Shown here piece after piece: positions 22,396 through 31,539 of a DNA stretch of 64,000 nucleotides. The stretch is taken from the IMG/VR virus record IMGVR_UViG_3300015245_000039. One strand, given 5' to 3'. Every line of letters begins with the position of its first letter. The stretch's first letter is position 1. The stretch is from an uncultured virus (IMG/VR IMGVR_UViG_3300015245_000039) (taxonomy: Duplodnaviria; Heunggongvirae; Uroviricota; Caudoviricetes). The position numbers and the translations under genes are program-made. A model generated the notes under the pieces. It saw only the letters and a list, made by a program, of their open reading frames with translations, did not search any database and was not told the origin of the DNA.

Positions 22396-23096
22396 ATCTC
22401 TTCGAAGCAGTCACCGGGAAGGTGACGAGGATGTCGAATGTCACCCGCTACTCCAGCTTCCCGACCATCCGCAAGGAGAACGTCGCTGAGCACTCCTGGT
22501 GGGTCGCATTCATCGGGTATCTGATCGCCGAGGACATGCGAATCGCCGGCTTCCAGATCGACCTGGCAGATGTACTGCGCAAGGCGATCGTCCACGATCT
22601 GAGCGAGTGCATGAGTGGCGACATCATTCGTTCGTACAAGCACACCAACACCAGGGTCCTCGACGCCATGGAGGAGGCCGACGAGGAACACATGGAGCTG
22701 ATGGTCAAGGAGTTCGGGTCTGTCGATGATGTGTGCTTCGACGACTGGATGACCTCCAAGAGCGACAAGATCGAGGGCGAGATCGTACGCTTCGCTGACA
22801 TGGCCACGGTCATCTTCTACTGTCGTACGGAGCGCCAGCTCGGGAACGCCGGTATCGATGTGGTTTTGAAGGAAGTCTACGAGAGCTGGTTCCACAAGTT
22901 CCATGATCATCCTGACCTCAAGGTCTACGCCGACCAGATGTTCCCGTACCGTCACTGGTCTGACCCGTACATGGGTCTCAATCTCAGATTCACCGAGCAC
23001 GTCAAGACGAGACCACTGCTGGGCGATCACAGCGAGGGTCCTGTCTCTCCGCTCGGTATCGATGGTGGCCCCATCAAGGGAGTGCCGTTGTCATGA
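22392..23096 (+). CDS. HD-domain 5'-deoxynucleotidase (YfbR/DatZ-like)
   Basis: R(Y)S..ENVAEHS, VHDLSE..SGDI, IVRFAD. Confidence 0.9.
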   Translation: MNLFEAVTGKVTRMSNVTRYSSFPTIRKENVAEHSWWVAFIGYLIAEDMRIAGFQIDLADVLRKAIVHDLSECMSGDIIRSYKHTNTRVLDAMEEADEEHMELMVKEFGSVDDVCFDDWMTSKSDKIEGEIVRFADMATVIFYCRTERQLGNAGIDVVLKEVYESWFHKFHDHPDLKVYADQMFPYRHWSDPYMGLNLRFTEHVKTRPLLGDHSEGPVSPLGIDGGPIKGVPLS

Positions 23097-23446
23097 AACC
23101 ATTCGCCACGCTCTTCAAAACCGAGACCCACATCGTGATGGTCGACGGTCGCGAGCAGTACAGCATACAGCTCTGGTTGAAGCCCAAAGACATCGAGCAA
23201 GTGCAGGTGATGCTCCAGGCTCTAACCAAGTTCGATAAGCGTAACCTCGGCTACAACGATCTCTGGCAGGAGGGTGGCATTCAAGACTCGGCTCACCACC
23301 TGAAGTCGAAGGCACTGCGGCTGATGTGGTCAGCCGACCCGACTTCTCAGGGGCAGCTCAGCGACGAGGACATGAAGGATGATGCCCTCGACGCCATCAA
23401 CTACGCTTCCTTCTTCCTACGCAACCTCGAGGCTGGGAGAAGATGA
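23093..23446 (+). CDS. DUF1599/MazG-like all-alpha nucleotide-modification-associated protein
   Basis: F.KRN..Y.D.W...G.......K..RL ... DDALDAINYA pattern. Confidence 0.6.
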   Translation: MKPFATLFKTETHIVMVDGREQYSIQLWLKPKDIEQVQVMLQALTKFDKRNLGYNDLWQEGGIQDSAHHLKSKALRLMWSADPTSQGQLSDEDMKDDALDAINYASFFLRNLEAGRR

Positions 23447-23627
23447 CCAAGCTTATCAGATCAGACTCGATCCTACTCGCGCTCCAGGAAGAAGGACTAC
23501 TCCCCAGCGAGTGCTATAGGATCACGATTGAGGATGATGTCAACCAGGGAGTGGTCGTAATCATGTTCAGCTGCTACATGACAGACGAGCGCTTGGCAGC
23601 AGTCTCAAAGGCGACAGGACACGACTA

Positions 23628-26600
23628 GTGCCAGGTCACGGCAACAGGCTCGAGCAATACTCAGTCCGCGACTTCAAGCGCAAAGTCGAGGGCGACGACT
23701 GCGATCACGAGGAACAGCCTGCCTGGATCCGTGCCAAGAAGAAGACATCGAAACTCCCGGTGATCAAGAGACCGATGCGGTTCAAGTCGCTTCACCACCA
23801 CTCCACCTTCAGCTTCCTTGACGGCTATCAGCTTCCAGCTGCCCATGCGCGGAGAGCTGCTGAGCTCGAGATGGGCAACATCGCTCTGACCGAGCACGGT
23901 AACGTCTCGTCGCATGTGCAGCTGGAGTCTGCTTGCCACGACAAGAAGGACAAGTTCGGTGACCCAAACCCGGCCTACGGGATCAAGCCGATCTTCGGGG
24001 TCGAGCTGTACTGCGGTCCCATAGACGAAGAGTCACGGCAGCAGACCAAGAACCATCTGACGGTACTGGCAGAGACCCAGGCCGGGTACACCAACATGCT
24101 CCAGCTCGTAGGCCGAACCTTCACGGAGGGATTCTACTACCATGAAACTTCCAGCTATCCAATGCTCAGAGAACATTCCAAAGGGCTGGTTGTTCTGTCC
24201 GGATGCCAAGGGTCTCTACTGTTTACATCTCTCCTCGGGGGTAAGGGTATTGATCGAGCTGACGCCGGATATCACCGAGCTGAGGATATCGCCCGATCCT
24301 TCCAGAGGAACCTGGGAGATAGTTACTATATCGAGGTTCAAGCTTTCCCAGAGCTAGAAGACACCTGCGCTGCTAATCCTCAGCTAGCCATGATCGCACG
24401 CAAGCTGAAGATTCCACTCGTGGCTACGCTCGACTGCCACTACACGCTGCCGGAGGAGAACGAGATCCAGAAGGTGCTACACAACATCAGAGGCGGCGGC
24501 AAGCAAACGCTCGAGGAGATGTCCAGGACGTGGGGCTACAAGGCCGAGCTCTGCCCACCCCTGACTGATGCGATCCTGATGAGGAAGCTGATGGCGACGG
24601 GGCTGACCAAGCAGGAGGCGATCAACTCAATCCTCACCACCGAGGAGATAGCCTCGCGCTGCAACGTAGAGATTCCTTCGCTGCCGATGCTGCGCTACGA
24701 GACGGATGATCCGGTCAAGCTCTGGCGGCAGTGGCTTGAGCAGGGCTGGGAGAAGCGTGGCTGCCAGCGCCTACCGCGTGGACAGCGGATGGAGTACCGT
24801 CGTAGGCTAGAGCGTGAGCGCAAGGTAATCGAGGACAAGGACTTCATCGACTACTTCCTGATCGTGGCGGATGCAGTCCAGTGGGTCAAGCGTCAGGACT
24901 ACACTGTAGGCCCAGCTCGTGGCTCGGCGGCAGGAAGCTTGGTGTGCTGGCTGCTCGAGATCACTGAGGTCAATCCCATGCGCTACCCAAACTTGATCTT
25001 CGAGAGGTTCATCGATGAAACCAGAGAAGACCTCCCTGACATTGATCTCGATTTCCCCTCAGAGGCCAGGAACCCCCTGGTTGACTATCTGGCTGCGAAG
25101 TATGGGCGGGAGTGCGTCAATAACATCGGAACCTTTAGCACCTGGAAGGCTCCTATGGCGCTTGACGACGCCGCGAGGGTCTACGGTGTCCCCAAGTACA
25201 AGGTCGAGTCGGTCAAGGATGTCCTGATCGAGCGGAGCTCAGGCGACCTACGCGCCAGCGCGACCATTGAGGACACGGTTGATCAGTTCGACATCGCCCG
25301 TTCTGTCTTCGAGGAGCACCCTGACCTGGGCATCGCCATGGAGCTCGAGGGGAACGTCAAGGGCATGGGTGTCCACGCAGCCGGCATCGTGATCAGCGCA
25401 GGCCCAGTCACCGACGTCTGTGCAGTGTACGAGCGCAGCGTCAAGGACAAGGTCTACAAGGTGGTGTCGCTCGACAAGTATTCGGCCGAGAAGAAGAACC
25501 TGCTCAAGATCGACATGCTGGGGCTCGCCAACATGAGCTTCATCGATGCGTGCCGGAAGGAGATCGGATGGTCACTCGCCGACCTGTACGACTACATCTA
25601 CGAGCACGACGATGACCCTGTCGTTATTGACGCATTCCGACGGAATGATGTGGTGGGCATCTTCCAGTTCGACGGCAGGGCTTGCCGCTACGTCTGCGGC
25701 GCTCTGGGTCCGGACACCTTCATGGAGATCTGTGACATCACTGCACTTGCTCGACCCGGCCCTCTTCATAATGGCGCTGCGAACGAGTACATCGAGATCA
25801 AGCACGGGAACAAGAAGCCCGAGCTCGTCCACCCCGCACTAGAGGACATTACCAAGAATACGTACTATCAGATTGTGTACCAGGAGCAGATTCTCCGCAT
25901 CGTTGTGGAGATCGGGCAGTTTGACTGGACCCACGCTGCTGAGATTAGACGCATCATCTCGCGCAAGCACGGCGAGCAGGCGTTCAACCGGAAGCGCGAC
26001 GAGTTCCTGGCCGGGGCCACCAAGCTCCACAAACGTAGCGACTGGCCGGAGATAGAGGAAGAGCTGGCGCTCCGTATCTGGGGAGACTGCATCACTGCTG
26101 GAGCCTACGCCTTCAACGCCTCTCACTCCATCAGCTACGGCACCATCGGCTTCTGGTCGCAGCGATTCAAGCAGTACGACCCCGAGCTCTACTACTACAT
26201 GGGTCTACGCCACATGTCTGACGCGAAGCACAACGACATGATCCGCGACGCGGTGCGACATGGAATCAAGGTACTGCCCCCGATACCTGGACGGAGCGGG
26301 AACACCTGGCGCAAGGATGCACCGAAGGCGATCAGGGCAGGCTACGAGCAGGTGAAGGGCATCGGAGACAAGCTCTCTGTGAGGATTCAGGAGTTCGCTG
26401 AGAAGACTCCTATTGAGACGTGGGACGATCTGATCAAGGTGCATGGTGTCGGTCCTAAGACCGTTGAAGCGATCAAGGCACTGCAGCATTCAGACGACCC
26501 ATTCGGGGCACTGTGGATTGATCGGGCACTCGCTGAAGTTAAGCGAGCCATTCGCGAGGGCGAGCTCGGTCAGGTGCCCTATCCCTCCCATACGTCACTG

Positions 26601-26969
26601 GACATTCCCTATGCAAGAGGCAAGGATATTCCAGTAGTGTGGCTCGGGTTGGTCCACAACCGGAACGTACGAGACATCTTCGAGTACAACCGGGCGAAGG
26701 GTGAGGAGATAGATCTTGAAGCCATGACCATCGGCGGCAAGCCTATCGAGCGTCCTGACCTAAACGAGTGGATGGTCATGGTGGGTGACGACGAGCATGA
26801 CCAGATGGGCCTTCGGGTGGATCGGTACAAGTACCCGAAGTTTCGGGCGGCGCTGTGGGGTATGCGTCTGGGCGCGGAGCTTCTCCTCGTCAAGGGGTAT
26901 AAACCGGGATTCCTGTCAACCCGACAGATCTGGGTGAATGATCTGTGGGTGATTGATCCGGAGATCTGA
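23628..26969 (+). CDS. dnaE: DNA polymerase III alpha subunit (C-family polymerase)
   Basis: PHP motifs HHHSTFSFLDG, TEHG, GVELY, LDCHY; GPARGSAAGS, PDIDLD, GVHAAG, KIDMLGL, YQEQI, YAFNASH. Confidence 0.97.
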   Translation: MPGHGNRLEQYSVRDFKRKVEGDDCDHEEQPAWIRAKKKTSKLPVIKRPMRFKSLHHHSTFSFLDGYQLPAAHARRAAELEMGNIALTEHGNVSSHVQLESACHDKKDKFGDPNPAYGIKPIFGVELYCGPIDEESRQQTKNHLTVLAETQAGYTNMLQLVGRTFTEGFYYHETSSYPMLREHSKGLVVLSGCQGSLLFTSLLGGKGIDRADAGYHRAEDIARSFQRNLGDSYYIEVQAFPELEDTCAANPQLAMIARKLKIPLVATLDCHYTLPEENEIQKVLHNIRGGGKQTLEEMSRTWGYKAELCPPLTDAILMRKLMATGLTKQEAINSILTTEEIASRCNVEIPSLPMLRYETDDPVKLWRQWLEQGWEKRGCQRLPRGQRMEYRRRLERERKVIEDKDFIDYFLIVADAVQWVKRQDYTVGPARGSAAGSLVCWLLEITEVNPMRYPNLIFERFIDETREDLPDIDLDFPSEARNPLVDYLAAKYGRECVNNIGTFSTWKAPMALDDAARVYGVPKYKVESVKDVLIERSSGDLRASATIEDTVDQFDIARSVFEEHPDLGIAMELEGNVKGMGVHAAGIVISAGPVTDVCAVYERSVKDKVYKVVSLDKYSAEKKNLLKIDMLGLANMSFIDACRKEIGWSLADLYDYIYEHDDDPVVIDAFRRNDVVGIFQFDGRACRYVCGALGPDTFMEICDITALARPGPLHNGAANEYIEIKHGNKKPELVHPALEDITKNTYYQIVYQEQILRIVVEIGQFDWTHAAEIRRIISRKHGEQAFNRKRDEFLAGATKLHKRSDWPEIEEELALRIWGDCITAGAYAFNASHSISYGTIGFWSQRFKQYDPELYYYMGLRHMSDAKHNDMIRDAVRHGIKVLPPIPGRSGNTWRKDAPKAIRAGYEQVKGIGDKLSVRIQEFAEKTPIETWDDLIKVHGVGPKTVEAIKALQHSDDPFGALWIDRALAEVKRAIREGELGQVPYPSHTSLDIPYARGKDIPVVWLGLVHNRNVRDIFEYNRAKGEEIDLEAMTIGGKPIERPDLNEWMVMVGDDEHDQMGLRVDRYKYPKFRAALWGMRLGAELLLVKGYKPGFLSTRQIWVNDLWVIDPEI

Positions 26970-26999
26970 TGCGCCGCGAACTCATCGGAAGGGAGACGG

Positions 27000-27533
27000 T
27001 TGCGGTATCCGCTAGTCATCCTGTTTGCATTCTTCGCCCTGATCGTGGCGGCGGACGCGAACGCTCATTTGATGGTGACCAAGAAGTGCACGACACTCTC
27101 GTGCATCAACGGACGCCAGCTACAGAACCTGAAGCACGCCCGGTACGTCTGCCATCATGGGGCGAACCAAACGAAGCGATGGAACTGCACAGCACTCAGA
27201 TGGCTCAAGCGCGAGTACGACGAGACAGAGGCGGTGTTGCACCCCAGGGTGACAGCGTCGTCGCACTACACCGGATGGTCGTGTATAACGAACGGTGCCT
27301 ATCCGGGTGCTCCACACGAGGGGAACGGCTACAACGGTTCGTATGTGGGACCACTCGGGATGACCACTCCCTGGGCAGGCCACTATCCGACCGGAAGCGA
27401 CTGGGTCCATACACCGCTGACAGTCGTATACGGGTATGCGGAGCAGGAGGGTGCAAGACATGGGTTCGCCGACTGGTGGATGCGCCAGCAGTGGCCCAGG
27501 ACTTATCCGCCCTGCTCGGGATTCTTCAACTAG
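27000..27533 (+). CDS. Secreted Rpf/lysozyme-like protein
   Basis: Signal peptide ending ANA; W.CI...HEG...Y.GPLGM...AE...WP.T..C resembles a divergent Rpf transglycosylase domain. Confidence 0.5.
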   Translation: MRYPLVILFAFFALIVAADANAHLMVTKKCTTLSCINGRQLQNLKHARYVCHHGANQTKRWNCTALRWLKREYDETEAVLHPRVTASSHYTGWSCITNGAYPGAPHEGNGYNGSYVGPLGMTTPWAGHYPTGSDWVHTPLTVVYGYAEQEGARHGFADWWMRQQWPRTYPPCSGFFN

Positions 27534-27540
27534 GAGGGCA

Positions 27541-27765
27541 ATGGACAATCAGCACAGGGAGATCAAAGGATACCGCGATCTTTCTCGAGATGAGATCGAT
27601 GCTATGAATGAGATCAAGGCTGTCGGGGAGGCTGTCGGTGTAGTCGTCGACAAGCTACGTGCAGCCGACGGGCTCGATCAACGCTGGGTCAGCATCGGAG
27701 CCACCGATCTACAGAAGGGCTTCATGGCACTCGTGAGAGCTGTCGCGCAGCCCACTACGTTCTAA
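27541..27765 (+). CDS. acb2: Anti-CBASS cyclic oligonucleotide sponge, Acb2 family
   Basis: MDNQHREIKGYRDLS.DEID.MNEIK ... RW.SIG.TDLQ.GFMAL.RAVAQP..F matches the Acb2 termini as I recall them; RBS AGGAGG. Confidence 0.88.
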   Translation: MDNQHREIKGYRDLSRDEIDAMNEIKAVGEAVGVVVDKLRAADGLDQRWVSIGATDLQKGFMALVRAVAQPTTF

Positions 27766-27775
27766 GGGAGGGAGC

Positions 27776-28807
27776 ATGTCGGATGAGATCGTAAAGTGGG
27801 GAGACAATGCTCAATACGTCTCCGCACCCATGAAGACCACGGGAGTGCAGGTCAGGCCAGAAGCTCACTTGCTCTGGGCTACACCTGATCCCCTCGGCGC
27901 CATCGCTGCAGCGGCGCGGATGTACAAGGGCATCCCCACTTACGATCTCTCCGAGATCACGGACTCGGAGCGTAAGCTGTACTGGGAGGAGACGTTCAAG
28001 TCACACCTTCGCGCTCCGCACGAATACGTTCAGTTCCACTTCTTCGTGGAGGGAGTTACCCGCTCCCACACCCATCAGATGGTTCGGCAACGGACCGCCA
28101 CCTTCTCTCAGGAGAGCCTCCGCTTCGCCGTCAAGGAGAATCTCGCACAGGAGACACCACTGCCTCCGAGTATCGCTGAGGGTACAGCAGCGGCGACTCA
28201 ATGGATCGCCTGTCTGGAGCGCATTCAGGCGGTGTACGACATGCTCGTCAACAGCGGTATCCCAGCTGAGGACGCTCGAGGCTTGCTGCCTCACGCCACC
28301 ACGACTCGGTTGCACTGGCGCACCGGACTCAACGACCTCCTGCACCACGCCGGCAATCGTCTCTGCACCCAGGCTCAGTTCGAGTGGCGCATCCTGATGG
28401 TCTCGATCATGAAGGCGATCAGGGAACACGGACGCAAGGCAGCAGGGTACAGAGCGTTCGTCGAGGGTAGTGCTGCTGCGATGGATCCTCCCTCCACAAG
28501 TATCGAGGATAGTTCTTGGCAGTGGGAGGAGATTGGTCGAGCTCAGCCTCATACCTTCGCGCCCATCTGCTACCAGACTGGCAAGTGCGAGTTCAAGGCC
28601 ATCTTCGATAGACCCTGCGCCATCCGTGACCGCGTCGATGCCTTTGCCGAACACGGGGTATCGAGCACCAAGTGGTCTGAGGGAGCTCACGTCAAGTATG
28701 TCGGAGAAGTTGTACCTGGTACGGGAGGGGAGCGCGTCGAAGGTGGACGTTGGATTCCAGGAATCAACTATGAGGAGTGGCTCATGAATCCGGATGCGGC
28801 TCGATGA
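27776..28807 (+). CDS. thyX: ThyX-family flavin-dependent thymidylate synthase homologue (non-canonical motifs)
   Basis: VEGVTR..THQMVRQRTATFSQESLRF, EDARGLLP, R.CTQAQFEWR; extra C-terminal C-x4-C-x9-C. Confidence 0.85.
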   Translation: MSDEIVKWGDNAQYVSAPMKTTGVQVRPEAHLLWATPDPLGAIAAAARMYKGIPTYDLSEITDSERKLYWEETFKSHLRAPHEYVQFHFFVEGVTRSHTHQMVRQRTATFSQESLRFAVKENLAQETPLPPSIAEGTAAATQWIACLERIQAVYDMLVNSGIPAEDARGLLPHATTTRLHWRTGLNDLLHHAGNRLCTQAQFEWRILMVSIMKAIREHGRKAAGYRAFVEGSAAAMDPPSTSIEDSSWQWEEIGRAQPHTFAPICYQTGKCEFKAIFDRPCAIRDRVDAFAEHGVSSTKWSEGAHVKYVGEVVPGTGGERVEGGRWIPGINYEEWLMNPDAAR

Positions 28808-29112
28808 TGCCTGAAGCGATTGTCGGCCACAAGGTCAGAGCGTTCTGCAACTCACTCACCGCGCTGCCCAGTCCTGTGGACGAAGCGCAGACCCAGAGTG
28901 GAATCATCGTCCCGCTCAGTCACCACGAGGAGTCACAGAACAAGATCTACAGGGGAGTAGTCACGACCAAGGGGTTGTCTCCTTGTGAGTCGTGGGATGA
29001 GCTGAAGACCGGCATGGTGATCTACTACCGTTCCTTCTACGAGATCGCTGACGTGCACATCGTATACCACGATGACATCATCGCATACGAGGAGGAGAAC
29101 TATGAAGGTTGA
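28804..29112 (+). CDS. GroES-like co-chaperonin
   Basis: TQSGIIVP mobile loop, RGVV..KG, LKTG..IY, DDIIA. Confidence 0.65.
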   Translation: MMPEAIVGHKVRAFCNSLTALPSPVDEAQTQSGIIVPLSHHEESQNKIYRGVVTTKGLSPCESWDELKTGMVIYYRSFYEIADVHIVYHDDIIAYEEENYEG

Positions 29113-29416
29113 GATTGCAGAGTTCGCAGAGAATGTAGAGCGTCTATGCGAACACTTGATCAACAAGTACACAGAGGAGAATGGCCGCGACGCGAGCGAC
29201 GATCTCGTAGCACTAGAGAAGATGCGTGAGGCGGCGGCTGCCATCTCAGCCAAGCCACCGTCTGCCCGTACTACCCTCAGCGGACTGGCAGCCGCGCTAG
29301 GGCCACTGTAATGGAACCGCGTAGGGCTTGCGCATGGCCCCGGACAGGGCATGGAAGCATAGAGGGTGGGGCCGGTTACCCCTGGCTACCCCTGCAAGCA
29401 TTCCAGGGGGCTGCAA

Positions 29417-29878
29417 ATGGGTGCTAGATATCTAGATCAGTACTTCGACCCGGCTCTTGAGGCTGATCCCGAGTACGACTGGGAGCAACTAATGGTTGAG
29501 CAGCGAGAGCGTCTTACGATCCAGTACCAGATGGCCGCAGTGGCTGAAGGATTCCCACGCAGGCTGAGTGAGGCTAACCGGGACGAGCTCGCTCTGGACA
29601 AGAAGAGATCACGACGCGTCAAGCACGTCATGTTCTCGTGCGCTGCCAGCTGGGGAGAACAAGAAGGGTTGATGCGAACACCGGCAGAAGAGGAGAGTAG
29701 GGCCGGAGCTCAGGTCAACTGGATCGACTGGTGGGCAGAGCAGCGCCGCTACCTCGAGCGTATGCGCAAGACAGTCGCCACACACGGCAAGCGCAACAGC
29801 AAGCAGAAGGAAGCGAAGAAGGCAGTCACCCGATTCTGTAACGAGATCGAGTGGCTCTCCTACGCGCTCAGAGACTGA
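29417..29878 (+). CDS. Hypothetical protein
   Basis: 153-aa ORF near the end of the + arm; no family recognised. Confidence 0.55.
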   Translation: MGARYLDQYFDPALEADPEYDWEQLMVEQRERLTIQYQMAAVAEGFPRRLSEANRDELALDKKRSRRVKHVMFSCAASWGEQEGLMRTPAEEESRAGAQVNWIDWWAEQRRYLERMRKTVATHGKRNSKQKEAKKAVTRFCNEIEWLSYALRD

Positions 29879-30055
29879 CTTGCCGCAAGGGGTCCCCGAG
29901 TCATTCATCCTCAAGGTTAAGATCGAGCTTGAGACTGCTCGGCTGAGAGCTGTAGAGTGGCTCACGGAGGAAGGGATTGCTGTAGCTCCGAGTAATCTTG
30001 AGCCTCTGTTCAGGGAGATACTACCTGAAGCAGAGAGTCCGCCAGCATCGTGAGG

Positions 30056-30409
30056 CTAATCGGCTTCGTCGTCTCCAGCGCGAAGCCTCCTTGGAATCTC
30101 AGCGGACTCATCCATTAGAGCAACGCCCCTGATGATCTCTCTCATGCTCTGGATCAGCTGCTCCTGCTCGGTGCAGACTGCCTTCAGGCGCTGACGGTCT
30201 ACTTCGAGTCTATCCAGCTCCTCTGCAAGATTGGAGTTGAGCTTCTCCATCATCTCCATCGTACCCTGAGCCTGGATTACTGCAGCGGAGTTGACGTCCG
30301 GGCGGAGCTTGTACAGCGCGACGACAGCACCTGCTAGTCCTGTGAGACCAGCGCCGCCGAGCAGTAGGTTGATAACGAGACTCGCATTAACGGCCGAAGT
30401 CAGTAGCAC
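30056..30409 (-). CDS. Membrane-anchored coiled-coil protein (possible lysis accessory)
   Basis: One TM segment followed by a heptad-rich region; last gene of the late arm. Confidence 0.6.
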   Translation of the reverse strand: MLLTSAVNASLVINLLLGGAGLTGLAGAVVALYKLRPDVNSAAVIQAQGTMEMMEKLNSNLAEELDRLEVDRQRLKAVCTEQEQLIQSMREIIRGVALMDESAEIPRRLRAGDDEAD

Positions 30410-30806
30410 TGCGCTTCTCCCGATCGATGAGGTACGCTTCCCACAGGATCCGAGCTCGCGTAGCGCAAGCTGCGGAGAGCGACAACAGAATCAGTCCGTT
30501 AGGGACCCCCGATAGCCCACGTGCGAACATGTTGGCAAACCCTGAGATTGTGAAGGCACCGATGAACAAGCTCATCCCTGCGAGCTCGCTCCTAATGCTG
30601 ATCCTCATGATTCCGTACGCTGTCATGACCCCTCCTGCCAGATAAAGAAACACCCAACCGTACTCAACGATCTGATATAGGTGTCCGACCGGAGCGTGCT
30701 CTGCCGTGGCAGGAGAGGCCAAGAACAGAAATGCTCCGAGGATTGATGCGATTCCCAACCAGAATGCAAAGACATTCTGCGCTATGTATCCCCGCGACTT
30801 AATCAT
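30387..30806 (-). CDS. Four-TM membrane protein
   Basis: Four hydrophobic segments; similar layout to the neighbouring gene. Confidence 0.7.
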   Translation of the reverse strand: MIKSRGYIAQNVFAFWLGIASILGAFLFLASPATAEHAPVGHLYQIVEYGWVFLYLAGGVMTAYGIMRISIRSELAGMSLFIGAFTISGFANMFARGLSGVPNGLILLSLSAACATRARILWEAYLIDREKRSATDFGR

Positions 30807-31208
30807 CTACATCTGATATGTGTACTTATCGACGTAGATTCTCTTGAGCATCAGAACCTTCAGTCCGCAGAAGAGTGCGAAAGTCCAGTAGGTGTACGAA
30901 CGAGGGTCGCTAGGGCTGTACAGGATCGCCGCGATGCCCTGCCCCAGCAGCGCCGTAGATAGGATGGCAAGTCCGAATCCACGTGCTCTTATATCCCGAT
31001 CGTAGATCCCGTAGAGGATGAGTGGGCTTGAGACGAGTTCTCCGGCTGCCCAGAGACTCGACCACCAGGAGAGGGTATGGCCCACGGGAGAATGGATGGC
31101 CGCGTAGCTTGGATCGATGGCCCAACTCAAACCGGCCAGGAACCAGACGATGGCAACTCCCATCTCGAATCCGTGGGTCAGACTGATATGCCACAGTCTG
31201 TGGCGCAT
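30807..31208 (-). CDS. Four-TM membrane protein
   Basis: Four hydrophobic segments; HSPVGH versus HAPVGH in the neighbouring gene. Confidence 0.7.
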   Translation of the reverse strand: MRHRLWHISLTHGFEMGVAIVWFLAGLSWAIDPSYAAIHSPVGHTLSWWSSLWAAGELVSSPLILYGIYDRDIRARGFGLAILSTALLGQGIAAILYSPSDPRSYTYWTFALFCGLKVLMLKRIYVDKYTYQM

Positions 31209-31218
31209 CAGCTTCCCC

Positions 31219-31539
31219 TCAGCTTTCTTCCTCACCAGGTACCTCCTCGGGGACGAACGGCTGCTCCTGAAGCGAGCCGTCCGGGTGTCGGAAGCCGACG
31301 TGCTCAGACGAGAGTTCCGTTGGCTCTGGTTCCGGAACCCATCCGCCTCCCTGTCCTGGACCCTTGTACGTTGCTTTGCCTCCCTCGACCCCAAAGGCGT
31401 CAAGGATATCGATGATCTGCGCATTATCTGTCTCCAGTGCTTCTGCGATGTCGGTGACCCCAGGTGCCGGATCTTTCCCCCGGCAGAAGTCCATGACACG
31501 TCCAGCAAGCTCGATCTGATCAGCTGTTGGCTCGTCCAT
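31219..31539 (-). CDS. Acidic hypothetical protein, HTH-like
   Basis: VTDIAEALE...IIDIL...GPGQGGGW; RBS GGAAGGGAG. Confidence 0.5.
   Translation of the reverse strand: MDEPTADQIELAGRVMDFCRGKDPAPGVTDIAEALETDNAQIIDILDAFGVEGGKATYKGPGQGGGWVPEPEPTELSSEHVGFRHPDGSLQEQPFVPEEVPGEEES

Noticed and set aside
22392..23446. Z-genome (2-aminoadenine) pathway suggested by the HD + MazG-like pair
   Set aside because: No PurZ/adenylosuccinate synthetase homologue was recognised in the readable sequence.
23628..26969. Intein or intron in dnaE
   Set aside because: The ORF is continuous at normal length with no intein motifs; only a short N-terminal extension.
26969..27607. 212-aa alternative-frame ORF
   Set aside because: It overlaps the signal-peptide gene and the Acb2-like gene, both of which have RBSs and recognisable motifs.
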